A stretch of 64,000 nucleotides of DNA from the NCBI RefSeq assembly GCF_964204645.1, contig NC_134028.1, positions 7,068,001-7,132,000 of the forward strand, read 5' to 3'. The notes under the pieces are model-generated. The model was not told where the DNA came from and did no database searches. It was given only the letters and a program-made list of their open reading frames with translations. Source of the DNA: Tubulanus polymorphus. Lineage: Eukaryota > Animalia > Nemertea. A program made the translations under genes and the position numbers. Positions 1 to 14,326 of the stretch are shown here, in pieces (within the stretch, counting starts at the first letter, position 1; each line of letters starts with the position of its first letter).

Positions 1-2079
1 TCAGTACCTGGATATATCTCACGAGAATGGATTACTTGAAAAACATGAACATTCTATCCAACTTGCGAAAAATCTCGATCCGAATTGCTTTACTGACTTT
101 TTAGGTGCACTTTGAACATGATCGGCACGGACCTGGAACACGTTTTGAATATTTCGAGGTGTTTACGAAGGGCTGGTGACCCCGCTTACACTGAGTCGAC
201 CTCAGACAACAACGTCTGAGCATTCGGTACAAGTGTGCCAGGTTAGGGATAAAGATGCGAAGGAATAATTCCCAATGAATATAAACCTTTGATCTTTCGC
301 GTACAAGTATAACGTTCATTAACTCCCTCTTCACAACAATATTCGATGCTATCTATTCTACCATAACAATATACCCATTGAGCCCGAGATCGCGTTGGAA
401 AAGATGCAATTTTCGTCGACGGCTTTTTTGCGACTCTCCGAGGAGTAATATTCTAATGGAAATTCCTTTCACATATGGGATCAGCCGCTGTAACGTTCGG
501 GGGAATCACGCAGCTACTGTTACGGCCATTTCCTTCTGCGATCCGGAATCCGGATGTAACATTTCTGAAGAGGCCGACACGAGTAGGAACGAAAGTGATA
601 CAGCAAACGCGGTATTGGCAATGGTGAAGAATAGTGTGATAGCGTCAGCTGTGGTATCCGAGAAAGTTGCGCGAAAGTAAAGGACGAATTTCTCGGAAAA
701 CAATGATCTCGATCAGCTTGTTGTGATCGTTTATATGTAAACAAAACTGATATTCAAGATTCCATAATAATTGACGATAGAGGATTTGTTTGTTTGATCG
801 TTAGTACAAAACGTGAAAACAGCCATTTAGCGTCATAGGTTGTTACGTATCTAGCAAGAAAAAATATGATATACAAGAAAACAGTATATTTGGAATGTGT
901 ATCGTTTGCAAGGCCGGCCCTACACACGCCTTTACTAAAATCTGATTATTCCTTGTGCATCAACTTTGAAATAAGAGAAGAGAACGTTTCAACCACAAGA
1001 TTAAGTCAAAATGTGAAAAATTGGAAAATCCATTCAGGGCAGGGAGCCGGCCAAGAACACATCGTCCTAGACGTCGATTTTCATTGGTCCATGTATATAG
1101 GTCATTCGGCAATTAACCAATGGATATCAACATCGATTTCCAAAATTAAATATTCAGCTATAGTTTACGCAAAATACGCAATATACAATACACGTACATA
1201 ATAAACTAAATAGTAATTGAATTGATTGATTGATTCATTTGTTTAGTTGATTCGATTGTTTTTCTAGGGTGGTAAGTCATTCCGCCAAGCAGCGATCGAA
1301 GTGCTGATGGAATACCATACGCATATATACATAGAGAAAAGGGAATGATTCAGAGTTCATATTATATATACCTTCAACTATTTCAGCAGGAACTGAGGAC
1401 AAATTTCGACCGGGCAACAACAAAATTTCCCCTGGAAAAGAAATATACATGTATAAGTATACACGAACATACCAAATCACGCTTTGACGGTACAGGTTAT
1501 ACATTTGAACTCCCGATGGAAGGATCAGGAAATACAACAATGCGATTATTTTTTGTGCATGAAATTCCAAGGTTTTTCACCAGGTTTTATAACTTCGTCG
1601 CTCGTCGATCTATAATAGCTGTATAGTCGAACTTCAGGGAATATCGAATTTCAAAATATGTGAGCACTAGTCCTTCTCGAAATCAAACAAAATCTACGGC
1701 AGCATTTATGTGAATTTTTCAGCGGTAGTTGGTATAGTTGTCGTCAGTTCCTAACTGGCGACAAACGACTAAAGCATCTGGCAGAAACAAGATAATGTAA
1801 GGACGTTACAAGCAACGGGTGACATGAATAGTGATAAATAACGATACATTATATCCGCGTTTCTACACGATGTTAATGTACGTCTGAATCCGACGACTCA
1901 CACACATATACACTAGTTCTCCGAGTGATTCCCAGTGCCTGATGCTGTATCGCTCCATGGCCAATTGTATGCCGTACCAAAGCCACTGATAGCAGGCACA
2001 TTTTCAACGAAACGGTGTTTTAAATCAATATTTCTAGAATAAATTCCACGAAATAAAATCTCAAACCTCGTACATTATA

Positions 2080-2300
2080 CCGTAATGTCCCCGGGCAAGA
2101 CACCCATCCTCATTGCCTCTCTTCGCCCAGGCGTAAACGGGTACCTGGTCTGATAGATGACTCCAGAGCACCTAGCAGCTGCTCGGATGTTACTTCTCCC
2201 CGGGGAGAGATGACTGATAAATGGTAGAGGGGTAATGATACCGATTTAATGCACCGTTGCACAGTGAAAAGGGCACTATATACAAATTGGGTTACTATAA
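2080..2300 (+). mobile_element. SINE remnant (body plus L2-like tail)
   Basis: GGGCAAGACAC...TTGCCTCTC...CCCAGG.GTAAA.GGGTACC and a GCACTATATA tail, resembling common invertebrate SINE2 cores (from recall, not a search). Confidence 0.45.
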
Positions 2301-5300
2301 CCTGCCATTCTAAAAAACCGTTTCGATTTGCCCTTCGTGGTCACTTAGTGGGATGTTTTCTTATACATAACCTTATTCTTATCTGATTTAACCATAGACT
2401 TATGAACTATAGTTTAATTATACGCCCATGATCTTACTGCAATGAATAAGCCCGGTGCTTATGACCGCATTATAGCCACTGGAGCTTTCTCAAAAATCTC
2501 TTTTCAATTTTCGTTAGTGTCTGCGCCACTGCACGCCGTTTATCACAGAGGTAGGATTTCACAGAGCATGCGTCGTAACCGGAGCCAACCGTCGAAAATT
2601 GTCGATTGGCAGGCATAAAAATTGCAGAAGCAATATCGTTGAGTGGACGACTGAAGTCTCTCTATCTGAAAAGACTATATGTAAATGTATCTTTCCGGCG
2701 CAAATTTCAGGCGCCGTGAAAGAGGAGAATTAATGAATATGTTATATACCCGTTATAATGGACATCTGTAGAGATATTGGGTGCATTAATCATTCTCGAT
2801 TCAGACTGTTTGGAAGATTTTTGAATTAACCGGAACCGAAATTTCCAATTATGTGCGTCGATTTAAACAAAAATTCTGTAAATACGACCGCCGATCACAC
2901 AACTACATTTTACTTCGTAACGCATTTCACGGTGTCGGCCATTTTGGAACTATAGGTTCGAACTACAGCCCTCAACAGGTGCTCCACAGGTGCGCGGATA
3001 GGTGCTTGCAGGTGCGCGGTTTAAGGTCAAGGTGAATTCGTTTTTCTATTACGCCTACGGTCGTGAGCGACGGTGGTCAGTTGTGTGGTTCGTTATTTCT
3101 GGGCCATAGTTTCGGGGATGACATTCGATTTTCGAATAACTCCGATAATCGAAGTTTGTCCACAGGTCGGCGTTGACCCGGTCATAGGGGCGGAGCCAGC
3201 GACCACTGTTACGGGTAGCACAACCTGAGAAAAATGGCATAATCCAAGGCAAACAACTCCTCCCCAATAAAATCATTAAAATTAACTGCTTTTGGTGCAA
3301 TTTCCAAACGATAAATGAAGTCCTGATGATGCTGTCTAGACAATTTACCGCATTGAAATGTAGTTTCCAGGCAATTAAGATGAAATTGCGAAGAATGGCT
3401 GAATGTGCATTATTGTTTAAAACTATCTAGTAGGTAGTACCTCGTTTTTTGTAAAAAAATGTGCCCTTTTCAACTTCGGCAAATGTCATAGAAAAATGCC
3501 ATAACGACGATCCGCTAATACCTGGAAAGTGTGCCTTTACGAAATCGACGATTTCAAACCTTATTATCTGATACATGATCAAGAAATGGACTATACTTAG
3601 TTTTCAATCATGTTACTCGATTTACTGGAGACGTCGCAGCCGAGTGTAAGTTCATTATCTAGTAATTTAGGGTGATGGCTGTACATAATATATTCATGCA
3701 ATAATCACTGGGAAATATGTAGATGTGTATATATATCATCATCGTGTTGATTCCTTCGTGTTGATATTTCATCATCGGCTGCTCTGAAAACTCAACCTGA
3801 ATAATAGATTTCTAATCACTTTCGTTCGGTGAAGTGGGCGAGTGTTTTACTTGATTTCGATGAGGAAAAATCGTCCCAAACCTCGATCAAGTACTTGGCG
3901 CTCTAAAACGAAATCCATGTCGATCTTAAAGGTCCCACGTATTCCGGATAGATTCACGTCCATGTCTTTATCGATCGATGCATAGAAAGACGGCGAATCA
4001 TTTTTGAGTCCATATCGACCCCACCTTAGATAACACGACGAAACTTTTACGTCATACCGGATGTTAATCTTATATCCGGTATCGGAAATGAGATTTACTC
4101 ATTGAAAACTCGTAAAGAAAATCGATGAACGTTCATTTCAAAATCCAAAAACAACCGTAAACAATCTATAAATAGTTTTAGATATGATAATTGACATTCT
4201 TTCAAACTTATCAAGCGTAACATCAGTGACAGATACATTAAGAAGGAAGACAATTCGCCATGTATGGTTCGTAGTATTGATTTATCATTTGGTCGTCACC
4301 ATGGATATCGGAGACGGGCCACCCAAAAACATTCATGCACATTCACTCTCAGGCCTTTTTTGATATAATATAATAATGATTATATAATTAATTTCATTAT
4401 AATAATAGTAATAATGATATTCTATTTCATTTATAAGTTCATTATAACAATCTAAAGAATGAGGACTTTTGAATATTTTCTTTGAATACTCGTACGCTGG
4501 GAGATTCACGAATCGATTTTAGAACAGTATTCTAGAGAAGAGTTCCAGAAATCTTTACACTGAATCGTCTATAAAATGAGTTTCGTAATCCATTGACTGG
4601 GCGTCTCGATTTTGAATGTGATGGCCGAACTTTCAGTAATCTGAGTGGGCTGTATAGACGGTTTTGAATCAGTTTCATCGTACAATTTCTCTGTTGGATG
4701 TCCTTTCGGAATGGAAACGCTTTTGACGGTGTTGTTGTAAGAAAATAAATTAGTTTCATTTCACTGTCTCCCTCGCAGCCAGCCGCCGCGCGCGCGTTTT
4801 GATATCTTCCCTCGATCCATCTACAAAAATGCCGCGCATTAAAGCTGCGCGCCCATCATCAAACAGACGATTATACATAAAACCAATTTGGGAACGCTAT
4901 CCACGTGTACGTCGTTATTATTATTAGTGGATTGTACCATCAGAACAGAAATAATTACTATTCGGGCCCTGGGCTTAATGGCTGCTTTATTGGATATGAT
5001 TAGAAAACAAATGCGATCCGACAGCTAGCTGGGGTGATTAACACAGCAACAAAGCAACGAACATGGGCGGCATAAATGTCGAGATAGAAATCACCTCTGA
5101 TACCGGCTGTAACTGGCAGATACAGCGTTTATTGCGGTCCGATCAGCGTTAAATACGTCAACGCGACGATAATGTAGCGTTTTGTTAATTTCATATCATG
5201 ATTTCCGTGGCGTGGATGCGAATGAGGTGGCCTTAAGCTTCCGCTGTTGGTCGCATTTATATACGGCAGGTATGAATTCGCGCGGCAAACCCAATCTGAT

Positions 5301-8300
5301 CGACGAAGATTGCGATGAACTCTTCTCATATATGGATGCGTTGATATCTATACATATTCGACGGGGGATGGCGAGTTAAAAGTATAGGTATTTATACCTT
5401 CAGGCTTTTTTCTCCGTAAGACGCTGAAGCTTACTGGCGGGATATCATAACGAAAAAATATCGAGTAGTATTGATATTTACATTTTATCATCACGAGACA
5501 TTGATATTCATAAATGCAATGAATGCTTTTCTCTAAGTCCCCGGGGGCCATTCGATACGACTGTCGGAATCTCACTTCAAAATGGACTCAAAGCCGAAGA
5601 GATATGTATATATATCAGATCCCTGTGTTCATTTAGATGTTATTAGCAAAGAACCCCCCTAAGGACGTTTTAATGTAGCCTACCTATTGAACCACGCTAT
5701 AGCAGACAGTGAAAGTACAGTTACTAAGTTGATATTCGGTCGACCGTGATTACAAATGATATCACTTTTAAAGAACAGCGCGCGCATCGGCGTCACGCAG
5801 AGCGTCCGAACTTTTGCGGTCAAAAGATCTCAAGAACTTTCTCTCATCGACACGAAGTCGATACTTAAACATACGCACGGCCAGCATCTTTCATTTGGTA
5901 CCAACAAATTGATAATGGATCGCGCACAGATCGAAAAAAGATGGCCTCTTAAATTGTTGGGCTTGTATCATGGGACAGAAATTCGCACATGGTAACATCG
6001 TATTTCAGACACTGAAAACGGCAAGCGCTTTCGCGACGGAGTCGAGTGTCGGTTAAATTGACATTTCATCTCGTCTAAAGCGTTGAGCGTCCATCAGGTA
6101 ATGTCATCATCATTATGATCATATATCAGTAACAACATCAGTAGCTGGAGTTCGAGCCGTCGGTAATTACTTATGTCACGGCAGGGAAATAGCATTTGAC
6201 GCGAATGCGCGCTTCCAACAGAAATAGCTCGGAAAAAAATTGACTAGTCGGAAATATTGTAATTCAGCGCTATACCCCGAGCCGTTGTCCTACGCGGATT
6301 CGATCGGACTTATGAAGGGTATTCGCTGGTCACTGCTGCGTTTTCCATCAGTTTTCGCGAGTAATTTTGCGAAGCGCCGTCGGGGATTTCGGAGCAATCA
6401 CCATACAATCTCTCAAAAACACAATCGTACACAATATATACAGCGGACTATTCGACGGCGCGCAAACGTCGTCGGTATTAGAACTGTGGATATGTTAGCG
6501 TTTAATGAAGGCTATGAAAACAGACTCGTCGTTGTGCGAGTAAAACCCTTACCCGACCATTATCGCCAATCCATAAAACAATAAAACAAAACGGAATAAC
6601 GAGCTTTTATAGAAGAATCTACCATTATCAAAAATCATCGTTGTACGATACGATATACATGTATAGACAGTATATCAGCTTCAATACACTTTTTTATAAC
6701 CGACTCGTTGGCACTCGTTGGCATTGGTACTAAAAGCAAATGCGAAAGGTTTGGTTTGCCATTAATGGAACAGAGGCCAATGAAGAAATGTTATGAAATT
6801 GCAGTTTGGTTTAGTTAATTAGTTAAGTTCGTATCTCATAATGCATATTGTCATATACTGAGAGTATGAGTAACTTGGGAGATTCAGTAGTGGATTAGTA
6901 ATATACATTACTGATTTAGTAGTGGATTGGTATTATGCAATATTGATTTAGTAGTTTAGTTAATAGTTAATTTAGAAGAAAATGTGTTGCGCCAGAATTC
7001 GAACCCAGAACCTAACATTTAACGGTATGGTAAAATATCTACCCGTGGTCATCTTGGTCCAATTTCCAAGTTCCAGTTCTACTGAGAATAGTGGGTCGAT
7101 CTTGATGAAATTTGGCTACAATATTAGTATGGAAGTCTACAGTGCAAAGAATTGGCGCCACCTAACGGCAGAACTAGGCACACAAACTCTGTTTTTCAGT
7201 GACTTGACCTTGAAGATGACCTCATAACTGTGGAACGGGGTCGAAATTCAGAAAGTTTTTTTGACAAAATTTATTCATTGGCCCTAGATACAACATGTAA
7301 TGGGATCTAACGCAAGGCAATTTCGGGGTTCGGGCCCCAGAGAATCGTTGTCGCCGGTGGCTTGTCAGATAATCTGACAATCTGTAAATCTCATACTTTG
7401 AATATAGATCCAAAATACCGGTTTGTAGATTTCAAATTGTTTCTTTTGCAGTCAGTAATTCGGGCCTTAAGTCAAACTCCCTACAGAATATAATATTACA
7501 TGTCGGCGGCATAATCTGTTAGTAAATCATCCGACAATTAATTGAAGATCTCTCCCGCAGACCGACGGGAGGCCTAAACCCTAATTTTTTATCGGCGGTA
7601 TTTTACATAAGATGTTCACATAAAACCCAATATCGCTGTGTATTAATATTCTAGTAATACCATCCAACGCCTGCGGGCCGGGAACGTGATTTGCATATTT
7701 TATCTGCATCCGTCGCCGACTGCGGGCATTCGTATGAAATATCTCTTCGTTTTCATTCCTTCGTCGTCTCCTTTCCCGTATATAATTCAAAATACGTCGT
7801 ATATGATTCAAATATTTCCATATTCAATAACACGATGTATGCGTTTTTGACATCCGCATATTGTTCATATACATACATTATTACATTCCAAGGAGTAAAA
7901 CATGGATCGATAAGTTTTCGGAACAGACCGAAAGCAGTCCACGGCGTCAGATAAATTTCAATTCTCACCGTTTAAAAGAATATATTAACGAATCAAATGT
8001 GAATTTATCTTGGGCGGTGAAGGTGTGAACTCGGCATCATCCCAGGCGACAATTTATCATCACAGTTTCGCAAGTGTCTGATATAGTTTATATTTCTCGA
8101 CAGTTTACGACAAATTCATGAATAATTCATACGGAGACGTCGCTTAAAAGTGTTAAATAAAATAAAATATGCCATCGTGGAATAAAATGAACATGCACGA
8201 TACAGATGGGGTGACGCTACTTAGTCAATCGACAGAATTTTCTGCGGGTGTTGCTTAAGCGCAGTCTATAAAGGGTTGCGTTTTCGCATGACGATACAAT

Positions 8301-9045
8301 GGTCAAACGCGTCATGGCTTTTAGTGTTGCTGTGCTTGGTAAAATTCAAATTACCAAATATTTACGAAGCGCTGGGACATATCATCTGGTGCAAGGTGTT
8401 TTCCTGAAGATGGGAAGAGGCCAGCCCCTTGTGAGCGTCGTTAGCCCCCTTGTCATCGTTAGACACTGGATTAATAGATCATCGTTTTTTGCGACAGCGC
8501 CACGGCGCTGGGGCATATTAAGATGACCAAACCGCCTGGTGTCTTCCAATACCACCGCCTAGTGGGCTCAATGCAAGTGCAAATATACTTTATTAATACT
8601 TATTCAAATATACTTTATAATTTCTTTATTCAATACTCTTGAACTATAAATACATCGGATTTTCACAATTAACGGGTCTACTGAGGTCTACTCTTGTAAT
8701 TAACAAATTATTCGAAAGCAAGAGATCTTGCATTTGAGTTCATTCATTTTGAGGAGGTTTTTCATAATGTATGATTATGTAATACGACTACCGCGGTGCT
8801 TCTTTTCAAAATAAACAACATGTTTCGTTTACTATTTTCATACTTCCGATTTTTTAATCTTCATTAATTTATTCATTCTTAACGACTTCTACCTCCATAA
8901 TCGGAAGTATTATTTCCTTAGAGGCGTTTAATCTTAATCTTTAATGACTTGCAAAAACCACCTGTCGCAGTATATTTCCTTGTACAGAGCACCTAAAACT
9001 CTGATACGAGCCCCTGCGCTCACTACTCGTGGATGCAGTCAATTG

Positions 9046-9363
9046 CTATAAAGAAGTTTCCAGTTTCTAGGCGCCTTTTTGTGGCGGTCCCTCGAGGTCC
9101 CCATTGTTGCGGTGATTTGCGCTCATTCTTAAAACATAAGTTTAGATTGAATATCATATAGCTCTGCAGCCCCTTGCTCGATGCTGCATTTCATTTCCTT
9201 TAAAATAGTGTATAAATTGATTTCGTTGAGCAAGGGACTGCAGAACTATATGATATTCAATCTAAACTTATATATGTTTTAAAAATGAGCGCAAATTATG
9301 CAACAATGGGACCTCGAGGGACCGCCACAAAATGGCGCCTAGAAACTGGAAACTTCTTTATTG
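9046..9363. mobile_element. foldback MITE with about 130-bp inverted arms
   Basis: ATAAAGAAGTTTCCAGTTTCTAGGCGCC... / ...GGCGCCTAGAAACTGGAAACTTCTTTAT; a related half-copy lies at about 11328-11386. Confidence 0.8.
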
Positions 9364-9476
9364 AAGATCACTAGCAGCTGGTCTATAAATGTTGTGTCAA
9401 ATTTTACCCTCCGTCCCGTTTTACCCGCATGTTTCACGTATGTATTTCCGATTAACTTAACAAAATCGATACTTAC

Positions 9477-9660
9477 TGTCGTAGGTACAAATTCTCCAGA
9501 AACCGAAATGTCTAAAAACGGCCACGGTGTGATTTCTGTCCGTAGTTAACTCTTTAGTCTTCAGCCAGTAATCCGTGGCGAACGATAACGACAGCATCAC
9601 CGCAGATAGAGCTCCTAAACTCAATGAAATTATGCCCAACATCCGCGCTGTACAATGCAT
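9477..9660 (-). CDS. first coding exon of a PMP22/claudin-superfamily tetraspan (CACNG/TARP- or TMEM114/235-like)
   Basis: MHCTARMLGIISLSLGALSAVMLSLSFATDYWL...HFGFWRIC: TM1, TDYWL and the G[L/F]W-x-x-C ECL1 signature. Acceptor tttacttcag at 9684, donor gtaagt at 9476 (phase 1). Downstream exons not confidently identified. Confidence 0.82.
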
Positions 9661-10663
9661 CTTGCCGAGCTGATTAACCGACTCTGAAGTAAAGATACGT
9701 ATACACATTTAGAGCCGGCGAGTAAATTCAATTTTGAATTCAGGACACATTTGTGGAATGATTTGCGCACATAATTAAAAGTCTCTGTCAGAGAATTAAC
9801 GCAATTCCAATTAGTTTCGCTTTCGTTATTAGTTTTGTTTAGCTCCACCACGTTTGTGACCAGTTCATGTTCAAGGTCAAATTGTCAATAGTTAGATCGT
9901 AACAAACATGCAAAATTAACATGAAATAACGTATCACACAAGATCGGCTTCCCTCAAATAATCTAAAAAGGAAATAACAAGTTTCTGTGTGTGATAAAAT
10001 CTAGGTTATTTCAATTCAATCAATGATTTATTCAACACGATTTTTAGTGAAGACATAAATTAAGAAAATTAAGAAAAGTTGTACGTAATACTTAAGAAAT
10101 TAAACGCTCCTCTAAAAATTTTAATTTAAAGTTAAAAAAAGAACTAGGTAAAAATAAGTACCATGCCTCTCTTGTCACTTTTGAAAAACCAGTGTTTTGA
10201 GAAACACAGAATCAATTTTGAATGGCCGTATCTAGCACCATGGACTCCAAAAATGCTAGCCTTCTATTGTTCGTTAGCACGGACTAGATTAGAGCCCATG
10301 GTTTCAGATACAGTTCAAGTTAGAGCGAACCAACTAGCGATATGGTGGACGTGGCTCCTCTAGAACTGACGTGTGAACTCTAAACGCCCCGGTTTCCCCC
10401 ATGGTCTCGTTGCACCTTATCGATCCGTCATCGGCTTATGTGCCTCGTCTAGTTGACGACATTTGCCTGATGAGATTATGCGACATATTTATAAAAGGAA
10501 AACCAGATAGACGCATGCAAAAGACTCCTGGCGACTCGGGGTCGCCGGCGAGGGCTTAGAACAATACCGGATCACCGATGATACATGTACCGAATAAGGG
10601 CTAGTTCCGGGCAAGTCGAGAGATGCGATTGTACAAATCCTACCCTAACGGAAGAAAGTTAGA

Positions 10664-10676
10664 CCGGAAGTGACGT
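10664..10676. promoter_or_regulatory. ETS-CRE composite motif
   Basis: CCGGAAGTGACGT about 1 kb upstream of the claudin-like coding exon; motif match only. Confidence 0.3.
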
Positions 10677-12879
10677 GTAAACGCCGAGCTCATCAATATT
10701 TTCGAGCTATCCCTTTTTGTTTCTAATCTCCCTGGCAATTCCCGACGAGAAAATAATCTATTGCAGTACAGCGCGAGTATAATACACCCGCTTCGAAGTG
10801 GTTTAATTGAAATCCTGGCGGCCGTATGATAAACGAGACAAATTAAAACCGAACAAATCTAGACAGAAACAGGAAACAATTATCGCATTGACATCACATT
10901 GCGTGATAGATTGAAGACCGGTTACGTGTCTGGGTTCGACGCGACAGTACAAATGAAGCAATATTTAAAGGCTAATAGGTCAGTTTTGGCTTACTGAAAA
11001 AGTAAGGCGAATTTATCCTGTCGAATCAGATTTGATTTTCATAATCGCAATTTGAAGTGGGAGCGTGGACAATAGCTGCGAAGTACGGTACTCCATAAGC
11101 GTCGTATCTAGTTTGAACGCGGCTATAAAGCGACTCACATCGATGGGGGTGTTTTCTTAAATGTACTGTTCTGTCCACATTCTTCTATTGTCCTTTTGTA
11201 GAAATTTCGTCTGTTAAACTCCACATTCAGTGAGATGGTAGTGCGCTGTGGGAAATCCCTCTGCGTGAAATCTTAAACCGAAATTGTTAAAAATCAGATG
11301 TCATGAAGTATATATATACTTGAAAAATGCAATAATGGGGCCCTCGAGGGCCACAACACGACGCCGAGCAGGGCAACTTCTTTATTCCCAATGAAATAGC
11401 GAGAAAGCACAAAGAAACATAATTTGAACAGTTTACCCTGGGATCTGTGAAACCCTGGTCAATTCTATCCTACAGTTTCTACGGGAAGTCTGCTGTTCCA
11501 CGGTGAGAGTTAGTTTCGATTTGCTTCTTTACGTCTTCGGTTTCCAAAAATGATGAACCCATCGCTCATCTAGTTTTAATGATTCGCAATGGACTATCAG
11601 ACTACAGAAGTCAGAAGTCACTTATGTTTTTTGAACAATGATTATTTATATGGCGTATCAAGATGTGAAACATTCGATAATCAATTTAAGATCTTTGGAC
11701 TAAATTAGCAAATCTTATACCCGTTTCTTCTTAGATTTTGTATTTTTACCCATTTTGACTTTGAGCCAAATAATGTATTTACAGTTGTACATATATATTG
11801 ATACATATCTATTTGCTTGTTTAGTTATCACGGTCACATGTATATCATATATGAACATGAAAGGAAGAATTAGATATAGAACCGGCCAGCACTAATTTAG
11901 ACTTATAAGTCACTTCATACGAAATGATTACATATTACAATGAATACAAAATAAGAATTTCCGCAGAATTAATTGTTACAAATTTGTATTTGAAAGTGAA
12001 TTTCTTTTTCTTATATTATGCGTTTATTCCTAACGGTGTCGATATGCGACATTTCACTTAAGATTCAGGTCAGATTATGTAATTAAGCACTGATATAATA
12101 TTTGATCTTGTCGTCCGATGATTGATGGTGATGAGGTATGAAGGTATATGAGTTTCGACGCACGTATGCGCATGCCAGCAGAAAATCGACGAATATCTCC
12201 GCTTACCGCGTCCAAAAAACCGATAGACATAATCAACCAATCTCGATAACAAGGTAAAAAAGCATCTTGCAGTGAAGATGAAGCAATATTGCATCCAGGA
12301 TGGTTACATTTCAGCTTTGACACTATATGAATTGGGATTATTGATGAGGAACGCGCACCACGCTCAAAAGGAACGACACACTCATATCTCAAGACAGGTT
12401 TAGGTGGAAATAAATCCATAATCATTCACATAAAACCGACGGTGCTGATATGTATATATTACTGACTTAGGGCCAGTGGTAACTAACTTATTTTAGAATA
12501 AACATAACTTATTAATTTGAATATTGAATAAAAGCCTTTTCGTAATAAAATCATCGTTTATAGGAATCTTTGCGTTTTCAACTTATAGATTTACGTACAA
12601 TATATAGGCATCAAGCGAATAATGATTGTAAAAGACCAAACAACAAACTGCGTTACCTCATGCGCGATCTAACTCCAGATTCTCCTATAAACGCAAAGCG
12701 CACGCCAAAACCTATTTGTCTGCTGTACACTTGTTGAATTCGGATATATTCCCATCAGTAACAGTATCGCATGCATTTGAATTCTCCAAGAGAAAAGCTG
12801 AGAACGAAGCGTGTTTCAGGCGAAATTGTCACCGGCTTTGGAATGTATATATTCGTGTCTTCTACAGACATCGCGATTG

Positions 12880-13220
12880 AAACAATATTGACACGTCCCG
12901 TATGAGCGATGAGCGCGGGTCCGTAGCGCGCGAGCCGTTCGATCAGTCTCCGGTTACAGGACTGCCGCGCGATTCGTCTTCAGTTTTCTTTTCCCGGCGG
13001 AGTCATCAGCGAGTCACGTGATTACTTACGACAGCCAATCAGCACCGCGGTCGGGGTAGGCCGTTTAATTATGAAAGGTCGGGTAATAGAGCTCGCGCGG
13101 AGTTAATCGAAAATTAATGACGCGAACGTGTTCCGTAGGGTTAAGAAGTTTGGGATCGGTGGAGCGGCTAATTGCAATTTAGGATCTGAGTTCACGAGGT
13201 GCCGTGGACGATCGAACAGT
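12880..13220. promoter_or_regulatory. CpG-rich promoter-like region with CCAAT box
   Basis: Dense CG/CGCG; AGCCAATCAG at 13033-13042; lies between two divergently oriented genes whose coding exons both begin with splice acceptors. Confidence 0.4.
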
Positions 13221-13305
13221 TTTTATTTCGCCGGATCGGCAAATAATATGTACAAAGAACTTCTAAAGACCTATGAATACGAAGTGTACATAACACTTTT
13301 TTACG

Positions 13306-13332
13306 TACGCACGCAAGCGCGCGCGCGCGCGC

Positions 13333-13385
<53 letters not shown>

Positions 13386-13470
13386 CACACATACATACAT
13401 ACATACGAATACGTACGTACATACATACATTCATACGAATGCGTACGTATCTATGCACGCGCGCATGCAC
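13306..13470. repeat. compound microsatellite (GC)n-(GCAC)n-(CA)n-(TACA)n
   Basis: Directly visible. Confidence 0.95.
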
Positions 13471-13997
13471 GACAGAATTTTACTCTGTTGCCACCTGTTG
13501 ATCGATCGTCGAACTAAATTCTCAACGACTGTACTACAACGCCCGAACGCTTCCATGGATTTCGTTTGAGGACTGTAGAATCCATGGTTTTAGGGATCTC
13601 GACAGGCTGTGAAAAACGTCTTATCTAATAAATCAATTCACATATTATGTTTTGGATAGGAAATCTAACCAGAATCACATGTATGTAAAATTTCTGTTTA
13701 TAGGCGCGCAGGCGGTAGCACCGTATAGTAGGCACGTGTAAGCGTCGCGAAAAAATCGTGCCTTCTTTTCATTTCTACATTTTATTTGTCCCTATCAACC
13801 CCAAAAGTAGAAAAGGACACATCTATTTTACAAGACGAGGCAGATAATTCTTTACATTCACTCGTCCAACAATTCCGAACTAAGGGCACTGCTTTGAAAT
13901 CGCACCAGAAGGCAGTACATTTTCAAAAGTTTTTGGGGGACAACCCCAAAACCCCTAGGGATTATGCCCTTTTTAATTAGTTCTTGTGCTACTCTTT

Positions 13998-14326
13998 CAG
14001 AGGCGTAGCAACCAATTTATTGATGGTCCGGCGGATTATTTACCGAGCGCCGTATACGCGAGTAGTACAAAGACTAATTGCGGGGTCTTGACAATTTGTA
14101 AATTTTAACTCCAATTTAGGGCCATTTCATGCATTCTGAGCCATGTTAAATACTTCTGATTTTCGCCATTTTCTGAAGTTCGAAAATTGAAAATTACATC
14201 GTTAAATCTCCAATCATTTTCAATCAATAAACTCCCACATGGACAACCCATAATTTTTTTAACAACGTGTTAGAAAAACTTCGGTACGGCGTGCGCCGTA
14301 CAATCGTACCTGTTGCTATTCCCCTG
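13998..14326. mobile_element. CAG...CTG MITE (hAT5-like)
   Basis: TIRs CAGAGGCGTAGCAAC / GTTGCTATTCCCCTG; flanks TCTTT/TCTCT (5-bp TSD, 1 mismatch). Confidence 0.6.

Noticed and set aside
1-1700. Several 65-111 aa ORFs
   Set aside because: No recognisable domain and no consistent splice structure.
12960-13015. Other CTGATGA hammerhead-like cores (here on the minus strand; also 10467 and 27070)
   Set aside because: No proper stem II followed by GAAA and no stem I/III pairing.
13128-13517. ORFs of 129 aa (+) and 92 aa (-)
   Set aside because: Open only because they run through the microsatellite.
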